Shown here: positions 51,482 to 60,339 of the stretch, piece after piece | How positions within the stretch are numbered: the stretch's first letter is position 1 | Layout: each line of letters starts with the position of its first letter | NCBI GenBank assembly: GCA_041665005.1 | Contig: JBAYJR010000004.1 | Location: forward strand, 20,669-84,668 | Length of the DNA stretch: 64,000 bases | Reading direction: 5' to 3' | Source of the DNA: Candidatus Buchananbacteria bacterium | Lineage (GTDB): Bacteria; Patescibacteriota; Patescibacteriia; 2-01-FULL-39-33; JBAYJR01 | The notes under the pieces: generated by a model | The model's input: only the letters and a program-made list of their open reading frames with translations | Databases searched by the model: none | Told to the model about the DNA's origin: nothing | Program-made: the position numbers and the translations under genes

Positions 51482-51547
51482 TTATCTTTTAAAATTTTCA
51501 CTGCTAATTAATAAGCGGGCGGGGTGCCAGGAGCAAAGTCGGGGCAT
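51482..51547 (-). pseudogene. Truncated leader-family stub (MPRLCS...)
   Basis: ATGCCCCGACTTTGCTCC vs ATGCCCCAACTTTGCCCC of intact members; 10 nt after upstream stop; similarity lost after ~6 codons. Confidence 0.55.
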
Positions 51548-51557
51548 ACAAATTTAT

Positions 51558-52631
51558 TTAAAAAATACTCACCGCAAAACGAACAGATTTTCTAGGACTA
51601 GAATACGTCGGCTCGTTCTCATCCAACTCGACCCGCGCATGACTACGGTAAAAATAGGCATACGGCACGCCGACGGGTTTTACAAAACAACTATTAAGCA
51701 GGTTGCAAGATTTACCTAAACCCTGACTATTATCAATCACTTGGTTAGTTTGTTCTAAGTGGCTTAAGCCATAAACCAACCAGGATTCTGGAGTTAAACC
51801 TTGTTCACCTTTATACTGAGGGTCAGTTTGGAGTTGTTTAAGGTACTCATCCGGCGTTTGATCGGATTCTGGTTGCTGACGATTAGCTATGGTTTTACCT
51901 TTACCTTTAAATGGAAGGTTTGGCAAGTCTTCAAGTAACAGGACCTGCCAGGCTTGGGTGGGTAAAAGTTCCTGTTTGGTTTTACCTTGATGATCATCAG
52001 AAAATTCTTTGGGGAAATATACTAATTCACCAGTGGCTTCGGCTTGGATATAATATTTAGTATCCTCATTATCAATAAACCTACCACCGACATATCCATC
52101 AAGCTCTAGGAGCTTACCTTGAGTGTCCAATAGCTTGCCTTGTTGATAATTTTCCATTAAAGCATTGCTATAAGCATCTATTAGGGAACTAATTGGCAAA
52201 CCAAAGGGAACAATAATTAGTTTAACAAAGCCTTGTGGTATTTTGGTTTCCAAGAGTTCTCGTTTTTCTAACATCCTTTCTTCAATCTGTTCTAGGGTGG
52301 GTATGGGGTATTCCTGCTTATCAATTGCTTCAATGCCTAATTCGCCAGTGGAAATTTTCTTTAGTAAGCCAGCCTTGATGAGAATTTCTTTCTGAAATTC
52401 ATATTGGGCTTTAAGGTTTTCTCGGGTTAACTCAGGAGTTTCTAGCCATATTTTGTTTTGGAGGTCTTGGAGGGTTTGGTTTAGGTTGGCTTTGATGTTT
52501 CTGATGAATATAAGATCATTAGACTTTTTGGAGTCTGAGTTTTTGACTTTAGACAATTCCAAATCAAACTCTACCTTGAGTTGTTTGAGGGAGGCTAGTT
52601 TGGTAGTGAGTTCGGGGCAAAGTTGGGGCGT
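51558..52631 (-). CDS. Leader-family protein with C-type-lectin-like domain; start codon is ACG
   Basis: In-frame (T)PQLCPELTTKLASLKQLKVEFDLEL 23 codons upstream of the tracked TTG start; paralog of 3673 and 6049 genes. Confidence 0.75.
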   Translation of the reverse strand, partial: TPQLCPELTTKLASLKQLKVEFDLELSKVKNSDSKKSNDLIFIRNIKANLNQTLQDLQNKIWLETPELTRENLKAQYEFQKEILIKAGLLKKISTGELGIEAIDKQEYPIPTLEQIEERMLEKRELLETKIPQGFVKLIIVPFGLPISSLIDAYSNALMENYQQGKLLDTQGKLLELDGYVGGRFIDNEDTKYYIQAEATGELVYFPKEFSDDHQGKTKQELLPTQAWQVLLLEDLPNLPFKGKGKTIANRQQPESDQTPDEYLKQLQTDPQYKGEQGLTPESWLVYGLSHLEQTNQVIDNSQGLGKSCNLLNSCFVKPVGVPYAYFYRSHARVELDENEPTYSSPRKSVRFAVSIF

Positions 52632-52641
52632 AGAAATTTAT

Positions 52642-53811
52642 TCAATCTACTTTATCACCATCCCAGATTTTAACAGCCTCATCCCAACTACCCGAAACAA
52701 TGCGGCCATCGGGGAGAACTTGGATGGCGGACACAGAATCAGTATGTCCTTTGAGGGTTTGAGTATTTTGATAGTTGCCTTGGCTATCTGGTTGCCAAAT
52801 CTTAATGGTGCTGTCAAAACTACCCGAAACAATGCGGCCATCGGGTAGGACTTGGAGGGTCCACACAGGGCCATTATGTCCTTTGAGGGTTTGGGTGTTT
52901 TGATAGTTGCCTTGGCTGTCTGGTTGCCAGATTTTGATAGTTTTATCAGAGCTACCCGAAACTATCCGGCCATCAAGGAGGACTTGGAGGGTAGGCACAG
53001 AATTAGCATGTCCTTTGAGGGTTTGGGTATTTTGATATTTGTTTTGGCTGTTTAATTCCCAAATTTTAATAGTGCTATCATCACCCGAAACAATGCGACC
53101 GTCGGGTAGGACTTGGAGGGTCCACACAGGGCCAGTATGTCCTTCAAGAGTTTGAGTGATTTGATAGTTGTTTTGTTTGTCTAGTTCCCAGATTTTAATA
53201 GTGTTGTCATTACTACCCGAAACAATACGACTATCAGGGAGGACTTGCAGAATGAACACAGAATCAGCATGTCCTCTAAGAGTTTGTGTATTCTGATAGT
53301 CGCCTAGGCTGTCTGATTTCCAGATTTTAATAGTTTTATCATCACTACCTGAAACAATGCGGCTATCGGGTAGGACTTGAAGGGTGAGCACAGAATCAGT
53401 ATGTCCTTTGAGGGTTTGTGTATTTTTATAATTGCCTCGTCTATCTAGTTGCCAGATTTTGATAGTGTCATCATGACCACCCGAAACAATCCGACCATCG
53501 GTTAGGGTTTGCAGAGCACGCACAGAATTAATATGCCCTTCGAGAGTTTTAATTTCGTGATAATTTATTTTCTTTTCTACCGTGGTTAGCTCTTGAGGAG
53601 AATTGGCATAAAACTTTTGCCATTCAATTAGCGTAATTTGTTTCCGAAGCTCTTTAAGGGCTTGGTTTAGTTTAATCTTAGCTTCTCTGACCAAAACTAA
53701 ATCCTCTGTCTTGCCTGTTTGGGGTAGACTGGATAATTCCAAATCAAACTGTTGTTTGAGTTGTTTGAGGGAGGCTAGTTTGGTGGTAAGTTCGGGGCAA
53801 AGTTGGGGCAT
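52642..53811 (-). CDS. Leader-family protein with 7 WD40 repeats
   Basis: MPQLCPELTTKLASLK leader; seven ~44-aa TLxGHxxxVxxLQVLPDGRIVSGSxDxTIKIW repeats. Confidence 0.9.
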   Translation of the reverse strand: MPQLCPELTTKLASLKQLKQQFDLELSSLPQTGKTEDLVLVREAKIKLNQALKELRKQITLIEWQKFYANSPQELTTVEKKINYHEIKTLEGHINSVRALQTLTDGRIVSGGHDDTIKIWQLDRRGNYKNTQTLKGHTDSVLTLQVLPDSRIVSGSDDKTIKIWKSDSLGDYQNTQTLRGHADSVFILQVLPDSRIVSGSNDNTIKIWELDKQNNYQITQTLEGHTGPVWTLQVLPDGRIVSGDDSTIKIWELNSQNKYQNTQTLKGHANSVPTLQVLLDGRIVSGSSDKTIKIWQPDSQGNYQNTQTLKGHNGPVWTLQVLPDGRIVSGSFDSTIKIWQPDSQGNYQNTQTLKGHTDSVSAIQVLPDGRIVSGSWDEAVKIWDGDKVD

Positions 53812-53974
53812 AGAAATATTTCAAAATTTAACTGATTTTTGACATCTAAACTATGCTTATCTTAACAAAAACCCATACTTTTTACAAACAATTTAACTTG
53901 GTTGGCCATCTTTAGTTCAACAACTAATCTTAGGTTCTATTGGGTGTTTTAATTATTATTTATTTTTAACCCTG

Positions 53975-54253
53975 TCAGAAGCACCCTGGGTCTGGGTGAC
54001 AATTGAGCGTCAAGGATTAAGAATGAAAAACAAACAAACTATCAGCTAGTAGAGCGCCAGCCCCAGGCTGGTCCGCCTGGGGCGGAAATTTGTCACCCAG
54101 CAGTTTTGGATACTTCCTGCCTGCCGGCAGGCAGGTTGCTGCCAAAAGTATCAAGAAATAATAAGGAGGGTGTTCTGCTGAGAAGTAGTCACTTCGGGAG
54201 TAATAGTGACAACCTAAATTAATCTGGATTCCGGGTCAAGCCCGGAATGACAA
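53975..54253. repeat. ~280-bp structured intergenic repeat, copy 2
   Basis: Colinear with 30331-30608; contains 20-bp palindrome cctgcctgccggcaggcagg (54116-54135) and ctggattccgggtcaagcccggaatgac (54224-54251). Confidence 0.8.
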
Positions 54254-54363
54254 AGGGATTGGATCCTGAATCCGCCGCCGATGGCGGGGCAAGCAAACCA
54301 GGAATGACAAATAAAAAAACACCTCACAATCCCCCGCCGCCAAAAGATCGTTTGGTGCTTTAT

Positions 54364-54795
54364 TTAAAGTTGCCCCGTGGAACCAAATTTACCTCGGCTA
54401 ATTTTATGGGCCTTGGTAATTTCCTGAAACTTAACTTTTTCGTAACGCAAAACCAACAACTGGGCGATTCTAACACCCCGCTTAATGACTACGGTTTTTT
54501 TAGTAATATTTAAAGCGGCTAACAAATATTCATCTTCATCTCCACAAAAATCGGCGTCACCAATGCCAATCGCGTTGGCCGGCATAATCCCTAATTTATG
54601 CGTTGAGCCACGCGCGGCCAATAACACAAAACAGTCTTTAGGAATTTTTAAAATAACATTGAGCGGAATATAACCAATTTTCCCGGGTAAAATTTTAACA
54701 TCAATTCTAGCGGACAAATCCAAACCCGCCGCGCCCTTAGTTTTATAGGCCGGTAAAGGCAAGTTTTTATCTACTCGTTTAATTTTGATTTGCAT
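54364..54795 (-). CDS. dut: dUTP diphosphatase
   Basis: LPAYKTKGAAGLDL, GIGDADF, RIAQL, RGKFGSTG. Confidence 0.9.
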   Translation of the reverse strand: MQIKIKRVDKNLPLPAYKTKGAAGLDLSARIDVKILPGKIGYIPLNVILKIPKDCFVLLAARGSTHKLGIMPANAIGIGDADFCGDEDEYLLAALNITKKTVVIKRGVRIAQLLVLRYEKVKFQEITKAHKISRGKFGSTGQL

Positions 54796-54880
54796 ACCTT
54801 AATATTATAGCAAACCAAGCAAAAATACCAAACTAATAAAAAAGAGCTATAAGTTTTTGCTTATAGCTCTGATAAAATTT

Positions 54881-55684
54881 CTAACTGGATTTTTTAGTAA
54901 GCATCAACAGACTTTCCTTGAAAATCTCCCCGGAGAATTCTCCTCCTCCGGCGATTTCTTCGGTTAATGCCTGGAAAAATCCAATCCCCTCAGCATGTTG
55001 GCGATCAAGCGCCTTCATATTCGCCAAGGCGGCCAAATTCTGGCCAGTCAGCCGAGCTTTCAAATATTCTCGGATGACCAATTCATAAAAATTCTTTTGG
55101 CGTTTATGTTCCTTAACAAACTCCAAAAGTTTCCGAATCTTTTCCTGACCAGCCGAAACGCTCTGGGCAACCGGCAGTTCACAAACTGCCGCAAAGAACG
55201 CCGCTACTTCATTGCTATCGCTCCCAAAAAAGTTGCCACCGAAGTCTCCGCTGTCACCGAAAAACTCCAATTGACCAGCGGGATTAATTCTGAGATGCCC
55301 ACCGACATAAACATACGGAGAAAAATAACTCTCCGTGAACTTATCGTCGTGCTCAACGGTAAGCTCTTTCAAAATCTTACCGTGTTCGTGGACAATATCG
55401 CGATGGTTTGGTAGGTCTAGACTGGCTAGATCGGCCAAAATCAGATCACCAAAGTTAGTGAATCTGATCCCCAGGACATATTTTTGATCTTTTGCAATAT
55501 TAGCTCCCTGCTCAATCAGGGTTCTAATATTCAAACAAGCAATCTTGTCCGGATTAAATGGTATATTACCTTCCGAACAAATTGCAAAACCGAACATCCG
55601 TTTTGCCAAATTACTCGCAGCCTCGATAAAGGCCCGATTAATTGGCATAATTAAACCAACTTCTTTATTGTTTAGTATATTCAT
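54881..55684 (-). CDS. Hypothetical protein
   Basis: 267-aa ORF; AGGAGG SD, TTGACA-17-TAGGAT promoter, hairpin at 54841-54870. Confidence 0.75.
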   Translation of the reverse strand: MNILNNKEVGLIMPINRAFIEAASNLAKRMFGFAICSEGNIPFNPDKIACLNIRTLIEQGANIAKDQKYVLGIRFTNFGDLILADLASLDLPNHRDIVHEHGKILKELTVEHDDKFTESYFSPYVYVGGHLRINPAGQLEFFGDSGDFGGNFFGSDSNEVAAFFAAVCELPVAQSVSAGQEKIRKLLEFVKEHKRQKNFYELVIREYLKARLTGQNLAALANMKALDRQHAEGIGFFQALTEEIAGGGEFSGEIFKESLLMLTKKSS

Positions 55685-55872
55685 TTTTCCCTCCTAATAA
55701 ATTGTAATTATAAGCTAAAAAGCTTATTTAAAATCCTAGCACTTTTTGGCCCTATTGTCAATAACCCAAAACATCAAACTTGATTACCTTGATAATAAAT
55801 TAAGCGTAAAATAAAAACCTCTTACTAAAAAACCGTTAGAACTGTTTTTAACAATTCTAACGGTTTTAAATT

Positions 55873-56655
55873 TTAATAAAATTTCTTATTATAGTAGGTT
55901 AGTTTTAACCTACCATTTTCTCCATGTTGTGGCATTCCAGAATACAGGGTAACTCCACAATTACAGGGTTTGTAGTTACGATCGAGTTCCATAAACTCTT
56001 TTTCCGACAACCGTTCCAAATTGGCTCTAATGCCCAAAATGGATAAATGATGAGTAATAACCAAAACTTTTTTGCTGTGGTAGTCCCGCACTAAAGAATT
56101 GATCCATGACCGTAAACGATCACGTAGCATCGGCACATTTTCGCCTTGAGGATAAGTGTACCAATATAATCCCTGCCTCTCATTCAGTAATCTCTGCTCG
56201 GGATGAAGCGTCTGAAAAACGCGCCAGTCATTATACAGAGAGCTGATCCCGTGGTCCTGCTCTCTAATACGCTCTTCTTCAAAAGTCTTAACATTAGCTA
56301 ACTCCGGCCAACCCGCTACTAAGCCTTTAAAAGTTTGGCGGGTTCTTAAATAGGGTGAACAGAATATCACCTCTGGTAGGTCAAACTTTTCTTTTAAGGC
56401 CACGCCAACAGTTTTGGCGTTTTTACTTTCAACATCTACTAACGAAGTGTTAGCATCGCTAACCTCTAAGGCATATTTGCGAGCTATCACCCTGGCTAAC
56501 TCTACAGTCGCCAAGCTTTCTGGTTCGGTTTCAAAGGCCTTAATAAACTGCTGATAAGTTGGATCTTTAGCCTTTTGATGTTTCAGAACATTATGTTCTG
56601 AAACATCATGACGAATCAAGACCAGCCACTGCGGCCATTTCATATATTTCTCCAT
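55873..56655 (-). CDS. Histidine phosphatase family protein
   Basis: LVLIRHD, SPYLRTRQT, IREQDHG, PQGE, ITHH; SD and TTGACA-17-TAGATT promoter. Confidence 0.88.
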   Translation of the reverse strand: MEKYMKWPQWLVLIRHDVSEHNVLKHQKAKDPTYQQFIKAFETEPESLATVELARVIARKYALEVSDANTSLVDVESKNAKTVGVALKEKFDLPEVIFCSPYLRTRQTFKGLVAGWPELANVKTFEEERIREQDHGISSLYNDWRVFQTLHPEQRLLNERQGLYWYTYPQGENVPMLRDRLRSWINSLVRDYHSKKVLVITHHLSILGIRANLERLSEKEFMELDRNYKPCNCGVTLYSGMPQHGENGRLKLTYYNKKFY

Positions 56656-56769
56656 ATCTTCCTCCTTTTAATTTTATTTATTTTAATCTAACACAATCAG
56701 TCCGGCTTGTCAATCATAAAACGACCAAGAAATTTGTTGGCCGTCTAACAACAAAAAAAATAAGCTTCT

Positions 56770-56844
56770 TGGCTCTGCGAGCTGGACTCGAACCAGCAAC
56801 CTACCGGTTAACAGCCGGTTGCTCTACCATTGAGCTATCGCAGA
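56770..56844 (-). tRNA. tRNA-Asn(GTT)
   Basis: TCTGCGATAGCTCAATGGTAGAGC...CTGTTAA...GGTTCGAGTCC...TCGCAGAGCCA cloverleaf with encoded CCA. Confidence 0.96.
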
Positions 56845-56892
56845 ACCAAAAAGCTTATCTTAAATTTTAAACAATCATCTTAAACAACGTAC

Positions 56893-56968
56893 CTACCATT
56901 GCCAGCCCAAGGCTGGTCGGCCTCGGGCCGAAGCTATCGCAGAACCAAAAAGCTTATCTTAAATTTTA
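56893..56968 (-). repeat. Duplicated tRNA-Asn 5' fragment interrupted by a 30-bp insertion
   Basis: 56893-56901 plus 56932-56968 match 56824-56869 exactly; 56902-56931 is extra. Confidence 0.85.
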
Positions 56969-57007
56969 CTCCCTGTATAATAACGAATTTTTTAAAAATC
57001 GTCAAGG

Positions 57008-58267
57008 TTAATAGTCTCTTAACTTTTCAATGCCTTTAAATTTTTCAATTTTTTCCAAGGCTTTGGCCTCAATTTGCCGAATCCGTTCGCGAGTGACGTC
57101 AAATTCTTTACCCACTTCCTCTAAAGTGTGCGAAACCCCATCCAATAAGCCAAACCGCATTTCTAGCACCTTTTGTTCCCGCGGCGTAAGCTCGCGAATT
57201 ACTTCTTTAACGTAATCACGCAACAATTGCAAAGCCGCCACTCGGTCCGGAGTTACGGTTTTAACATCCTCAATAAAGTCTTCCAAAGTGCTATCATCAT
57301 CGTCTTCACCAACCGAAGTACCCAAAGAAATAGTTTCTTGAGAAATTTTAATAATGTGATTGATTTTTTCTATATCTTCATTCATTTCCGAAGCAATTTC
57401 TTCGGGCAAAGGTTCGCGACCCAAATCTTGAATTAACTGCCGTTCAATCTGTTGAAATTTATTAATATTTTCTACCATATGCACCGGAATACGAATCGTC
57501 CGTGACTGATCAGCCAAACTGCGCGTAATTGCCTGCCTAATCCACCAAGTAGCATAAGTAGAAAATTTATAGCCCCGACGATAATCAAATTTTTCGACCG
57601 CCCGAAACAAACCGATATTACCTTCTTGAATCAGATCTAACAAGCTTAAACTTTTACCTACAAATTTTTTGGCGATTGAAACCACTAACCGTAAATTGGC
57701 CTCAATTAATTTATGGCGAGCCTCTTGATCCCCTCGCTCAATCCTTTTGGCTAACACCGTTTCTTCTTCCGAAGCCAATAATGGCACTTTGCCAATTTCG
57801 CGTAAATACATTTGAATTGAATCATCAGAAATTTCACCCAAATCTAACGGGGATTTTTCACGAAAGGCCACTTTGGCCAAAATTTCTTCCCGCGTTTTAC
57901 TGGTCAACAAAACGCCGCCCGGTTCAACAATGGAAACGCTGTTAAGCTGTAGCTTGTCTAAAAAATCTTCGTATAGTTCTAAATATTCCTCCACTTCGGC
58001 AAAAACCTTCATTACTTCTATCTCAGTCAAAAAACCGCGCGACCGGCCTTTGCGCAACAATTCTTTCAATTCTATTTCAGTTGGTTTAATAACTGGTAAA
58101 ACTACTTCCTTTTTAATTTTAACCTCGGCCTTAGACTTAGATTTTTTAAATCTAATTTTAGCCTTAGGTATTTTTTTTACCTTGGCAAATTTTTTAGCCT
58201 TAACTGATTTTTTAACTTTGAAAAGTTTTTTAAACTTTTTAATAATTTTAGATTTGGCTTTAGCCAT
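57008..58267 (-). CDS. rpoD: RNA polymerase primary sigma factor
   Basis: [46 protein letters not shown]; Lys-rich N-terminus. Confidence 0.96.
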   Translation of the reverse strand: MAKAKSKIIKKFKKLFKVKKSVKAKKFAKVKKIPKAKIRFKKSKSKAEVKIKKEVVLPVIKPTEIELKELLRKGRSRGFLTEIEVMKVFAEVEEYLELYEDFLDKLQLNSVSIVEPGGVLLTSKTREEILAKVAFREKSPLDLGEISDDSIQMYLREIGKVPLLASEEETVLAKRIERGDQEARHKLIEANLRLVVSIAKKFVGKSLSLLDLIQEGNIGLFRAVEKFDYRRGYKFSTYATWWIRQAITRSLADQSRTIRIPVHMVENINKFQQIERQLIQDLGREPLPEEIASEMNEDIEKINHIIKISQETISLGTSVGEDDDDSTLEDFIEDVKTVTPDRVAALQLLRDYVKEVIRELTPREQKVLEMRFGLLDGVSHTLEEVGKEFDVTRERIRQIEAKALEKIEKFKGIEKLRDY

Positions 58268-58268
58268 A

Positions 58269-60119
58269 TTAAGAAAGTAAAAGTAATTGTTCCGTTAAAC
58301 TATTAAATTCTTGCAATAGTTGGTTGGTACTTTCGCCTTTGTTTTCCAACTGTTGAATTAGACCAGTTAGCTCCTGTAGCCGAAAATGCAAAAATCCTTG
58401 TTTAATCAATTTGACGGTTTGTTTTAATTCTTCTTTAATTTCTTTGGCCGAAAAGTTTATTAAATCCCTTTCCGCCAATAATAAAAGCGCCCCGACTTGG
58501 GTCGTCATCTGCGTTTGTAACTCTTTGGTAAGGTATGAAGAATTGGCCAAGATCTCTTGTTTAAAGGCCTCGCTGTCAAAAATTAGCGGGCCGCTGGCCA
58601 AAGATGCATTATTATTTCTATTTTTAGTATAATAGATTATTAAGCTTTTGTAAAGCTCCTGCCAAAACTTATCTAATAAGATTTCGGGCGATAAATTATT
58701 AATCAAATACTCCTGATATTCCGGAAATTTAAACGCAATCATTAGGGCTCGTTCAGCCAAAATGGCAATTCGAGTTTTTACTAATGGCTGAAAAGGCTTG
58801 ACCGTTTTGTCATCTTTAGGCCTAACCGTCGCTTTAGCACCCGGTAAAATTTCCCGCAAAATATTTTCTGAAACATTTAGAGTTTCGGCTAATCTTTTTA
58901 ACCAATGTTCGCGTTCCAAAGGATTACCAAGCTTGGCAATTATCGCCAACAAAGTTTTGGCGATTTGTTTTTTGACCTGCGGAGAATTTAAATCCGCCCC
59001 CACCACATTTTTTTCCCAATAATACTGCATAATTTCTTTGGCTTCCTGCACCGCTTTAAGCCAAGCGCTGGCGGAAGTTTTGATGCACTCATCCGGATCC
59101 TTGCCAAATGGCAAAATAATTACCTTAACATCCGCTTCTTGCTGTAAGGCTAAATCAATCCCCCGCCGCGCGGCGGTCTCTCCGGCCAAATCCGCATCTA
59201 AAGCAATAATTAAATTATTAGTATAACGTTTTAAAATTTTTATTTGCTCAGTGGTTAAGGCGGTACCCGAAACTGCCACCACATTTTTGGTACCCGCCTG
59301 CCAAGCGGCAATTACATCCATATAACCTTCCACCAACACTACCGAATCAAGTTTTTTAATTTCTAGTTTAGCTTTATCCAAATTAAATAAAATCGCGCTT
59401 TTGTTATAAAGATCGGTTTGGGGAGTGTTCATATATTTAGCCGAGCTTTTGCTCTGCCCGGTCGGATCCCACAATCGTCCGCCAAACCCGACCACGTTAC
59501 CGTGTAAATCATTAATCGGAAACATTACCCGACTACGAAAGCGATCATAAAAACCCACTCCCCGATCCTGTTTAACGGTTAAGCCGGCCAAAAAAAGTTC
59601 TGATTCGCTAAAACCTTTTTTCTTTAAAAAATTTTGCAATAAATCTGAGCTATCTGGAGCAAAGCCTAATTGGAATTCTTCAATGGTCTGATTGGTTAAA
59701 CGTCGCTCCTTAATTAAATAATCTAAAACTGATTTGGCCGAGGCTGATTCCCATAAAATCTTTTGCCAAAATCTAGCCGTTAAATCTCCAACATCCAGTA
59801 AGCGATTTCTTTGACTGGTGGAAGCAGAGTCAAAACTGGCCAATTTTACTCCCGCCTTATTAGCTAAAATTTTTAAAGCTTCCGGAAATTCAATATTTTC
59901 CATTTTCATGACAAAAGAAAAAATATCGCCACCTTCGCCACAGCCAAAACAATGCCAAATTTGCTTTTCGGTAGAGACCATAAAACTAGGCGTCTTTTCC
60001 TGATGAAATGGACACGGCGCTTTAAAGTTAGTGCCCGCCGGATTTAGGCGGATATATTCCTGCACTACTTCCAAAATGTCTAGTTTTGATTTAATTTCGT
60101 CAACTGATGATAAGGCCAT
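58269..60119 (-). CDS. dnaG: DNA primase
   Basis: [15 protein letters not shown] Zn finger, [23 protein letters not shown]; likely start ATG 60119 ([10 protein letters not shown]). Confidence 0.96.
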   Translation of the reverse strand: MALSSVDEIKSKLDILEVVQEYIRLNPAGTNFKAPCPFHQEKTPSFMVSTEKQIWHCFGCGEGGDIFSFVMKMENIEFPEALKILANKAGVKLASFDSASTSQRNRLLDVGDLTARFWQKILWESASAKSVLDYLIKERRLTNQTIEEFQLGFAPDSSDLLQNFLKKKGFSESELFLAGLTVKQDRGVGFYDRFRSRVMFPINDLHGNVVGFGGRLWDPTGQSKSSAKYMNTPQTDLYNKSAILFNLDKAKLEIKKLDSVVLVEGYMDVIAAWQAGTKNVVAVSGTALTTEQIKILKRYTNNLIIALDADLAGETAARRGIDLALQQEADVKVIILPFGKDPDECIKTSASAWLKAVQEAKEIMQYYWEKNVVGADLNSPQVKKQIAKTLLAIIAKLGNPLEREHWLKRLAETLNVSENILREILPGAKATVRPKDDKTVKPFQPLVKTRIAILAERALMIAFKFPEYQEYLINNLSPEILLDKFWQELYKSLIIYYTKNRNNNASLASGPLIFDSEAFKQEILANSSYLTKELQTQMTTQVGALLLLAERDLINFSAKEIKEELKQTVKLIKQGFLHFRLQELTGLIQQLENKGESTNQLLQEFNSLTEQLLLLS

Positions 60120-60339
60120 AAAATTCAAGACTTGGCTGATCAACTTAATAAAAAATACCATCAGCCAATCCTGCCTATACTCTACTGAAAAAAACGAGTT
60201 TTGTCTACTTATCCAGCCTTCGACTGACCGGCTAAAAATGGCTGACAAAAATAGAGCCCCGAGCTCTGTTTTTACTAAACTGCTAAAACAATTACCAAAA
60301 CCTCATTGCTGAAGAGTTTTTATAATAGCTTTATGATCG

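Noticed and set aside
52642-53545. Regular ~132-nt repeats as a CRISPR array
   Set aside because: They are in-frame WD40 coding repeats without unique spacers; no cas genes seen.
56770-56968. tRNA duplication as attL/attR of an integrated element
   Set aside because: The duplicated part is the 5' end plus upstream flank, only ~70-100 nt away, with no integrase or cargo between.
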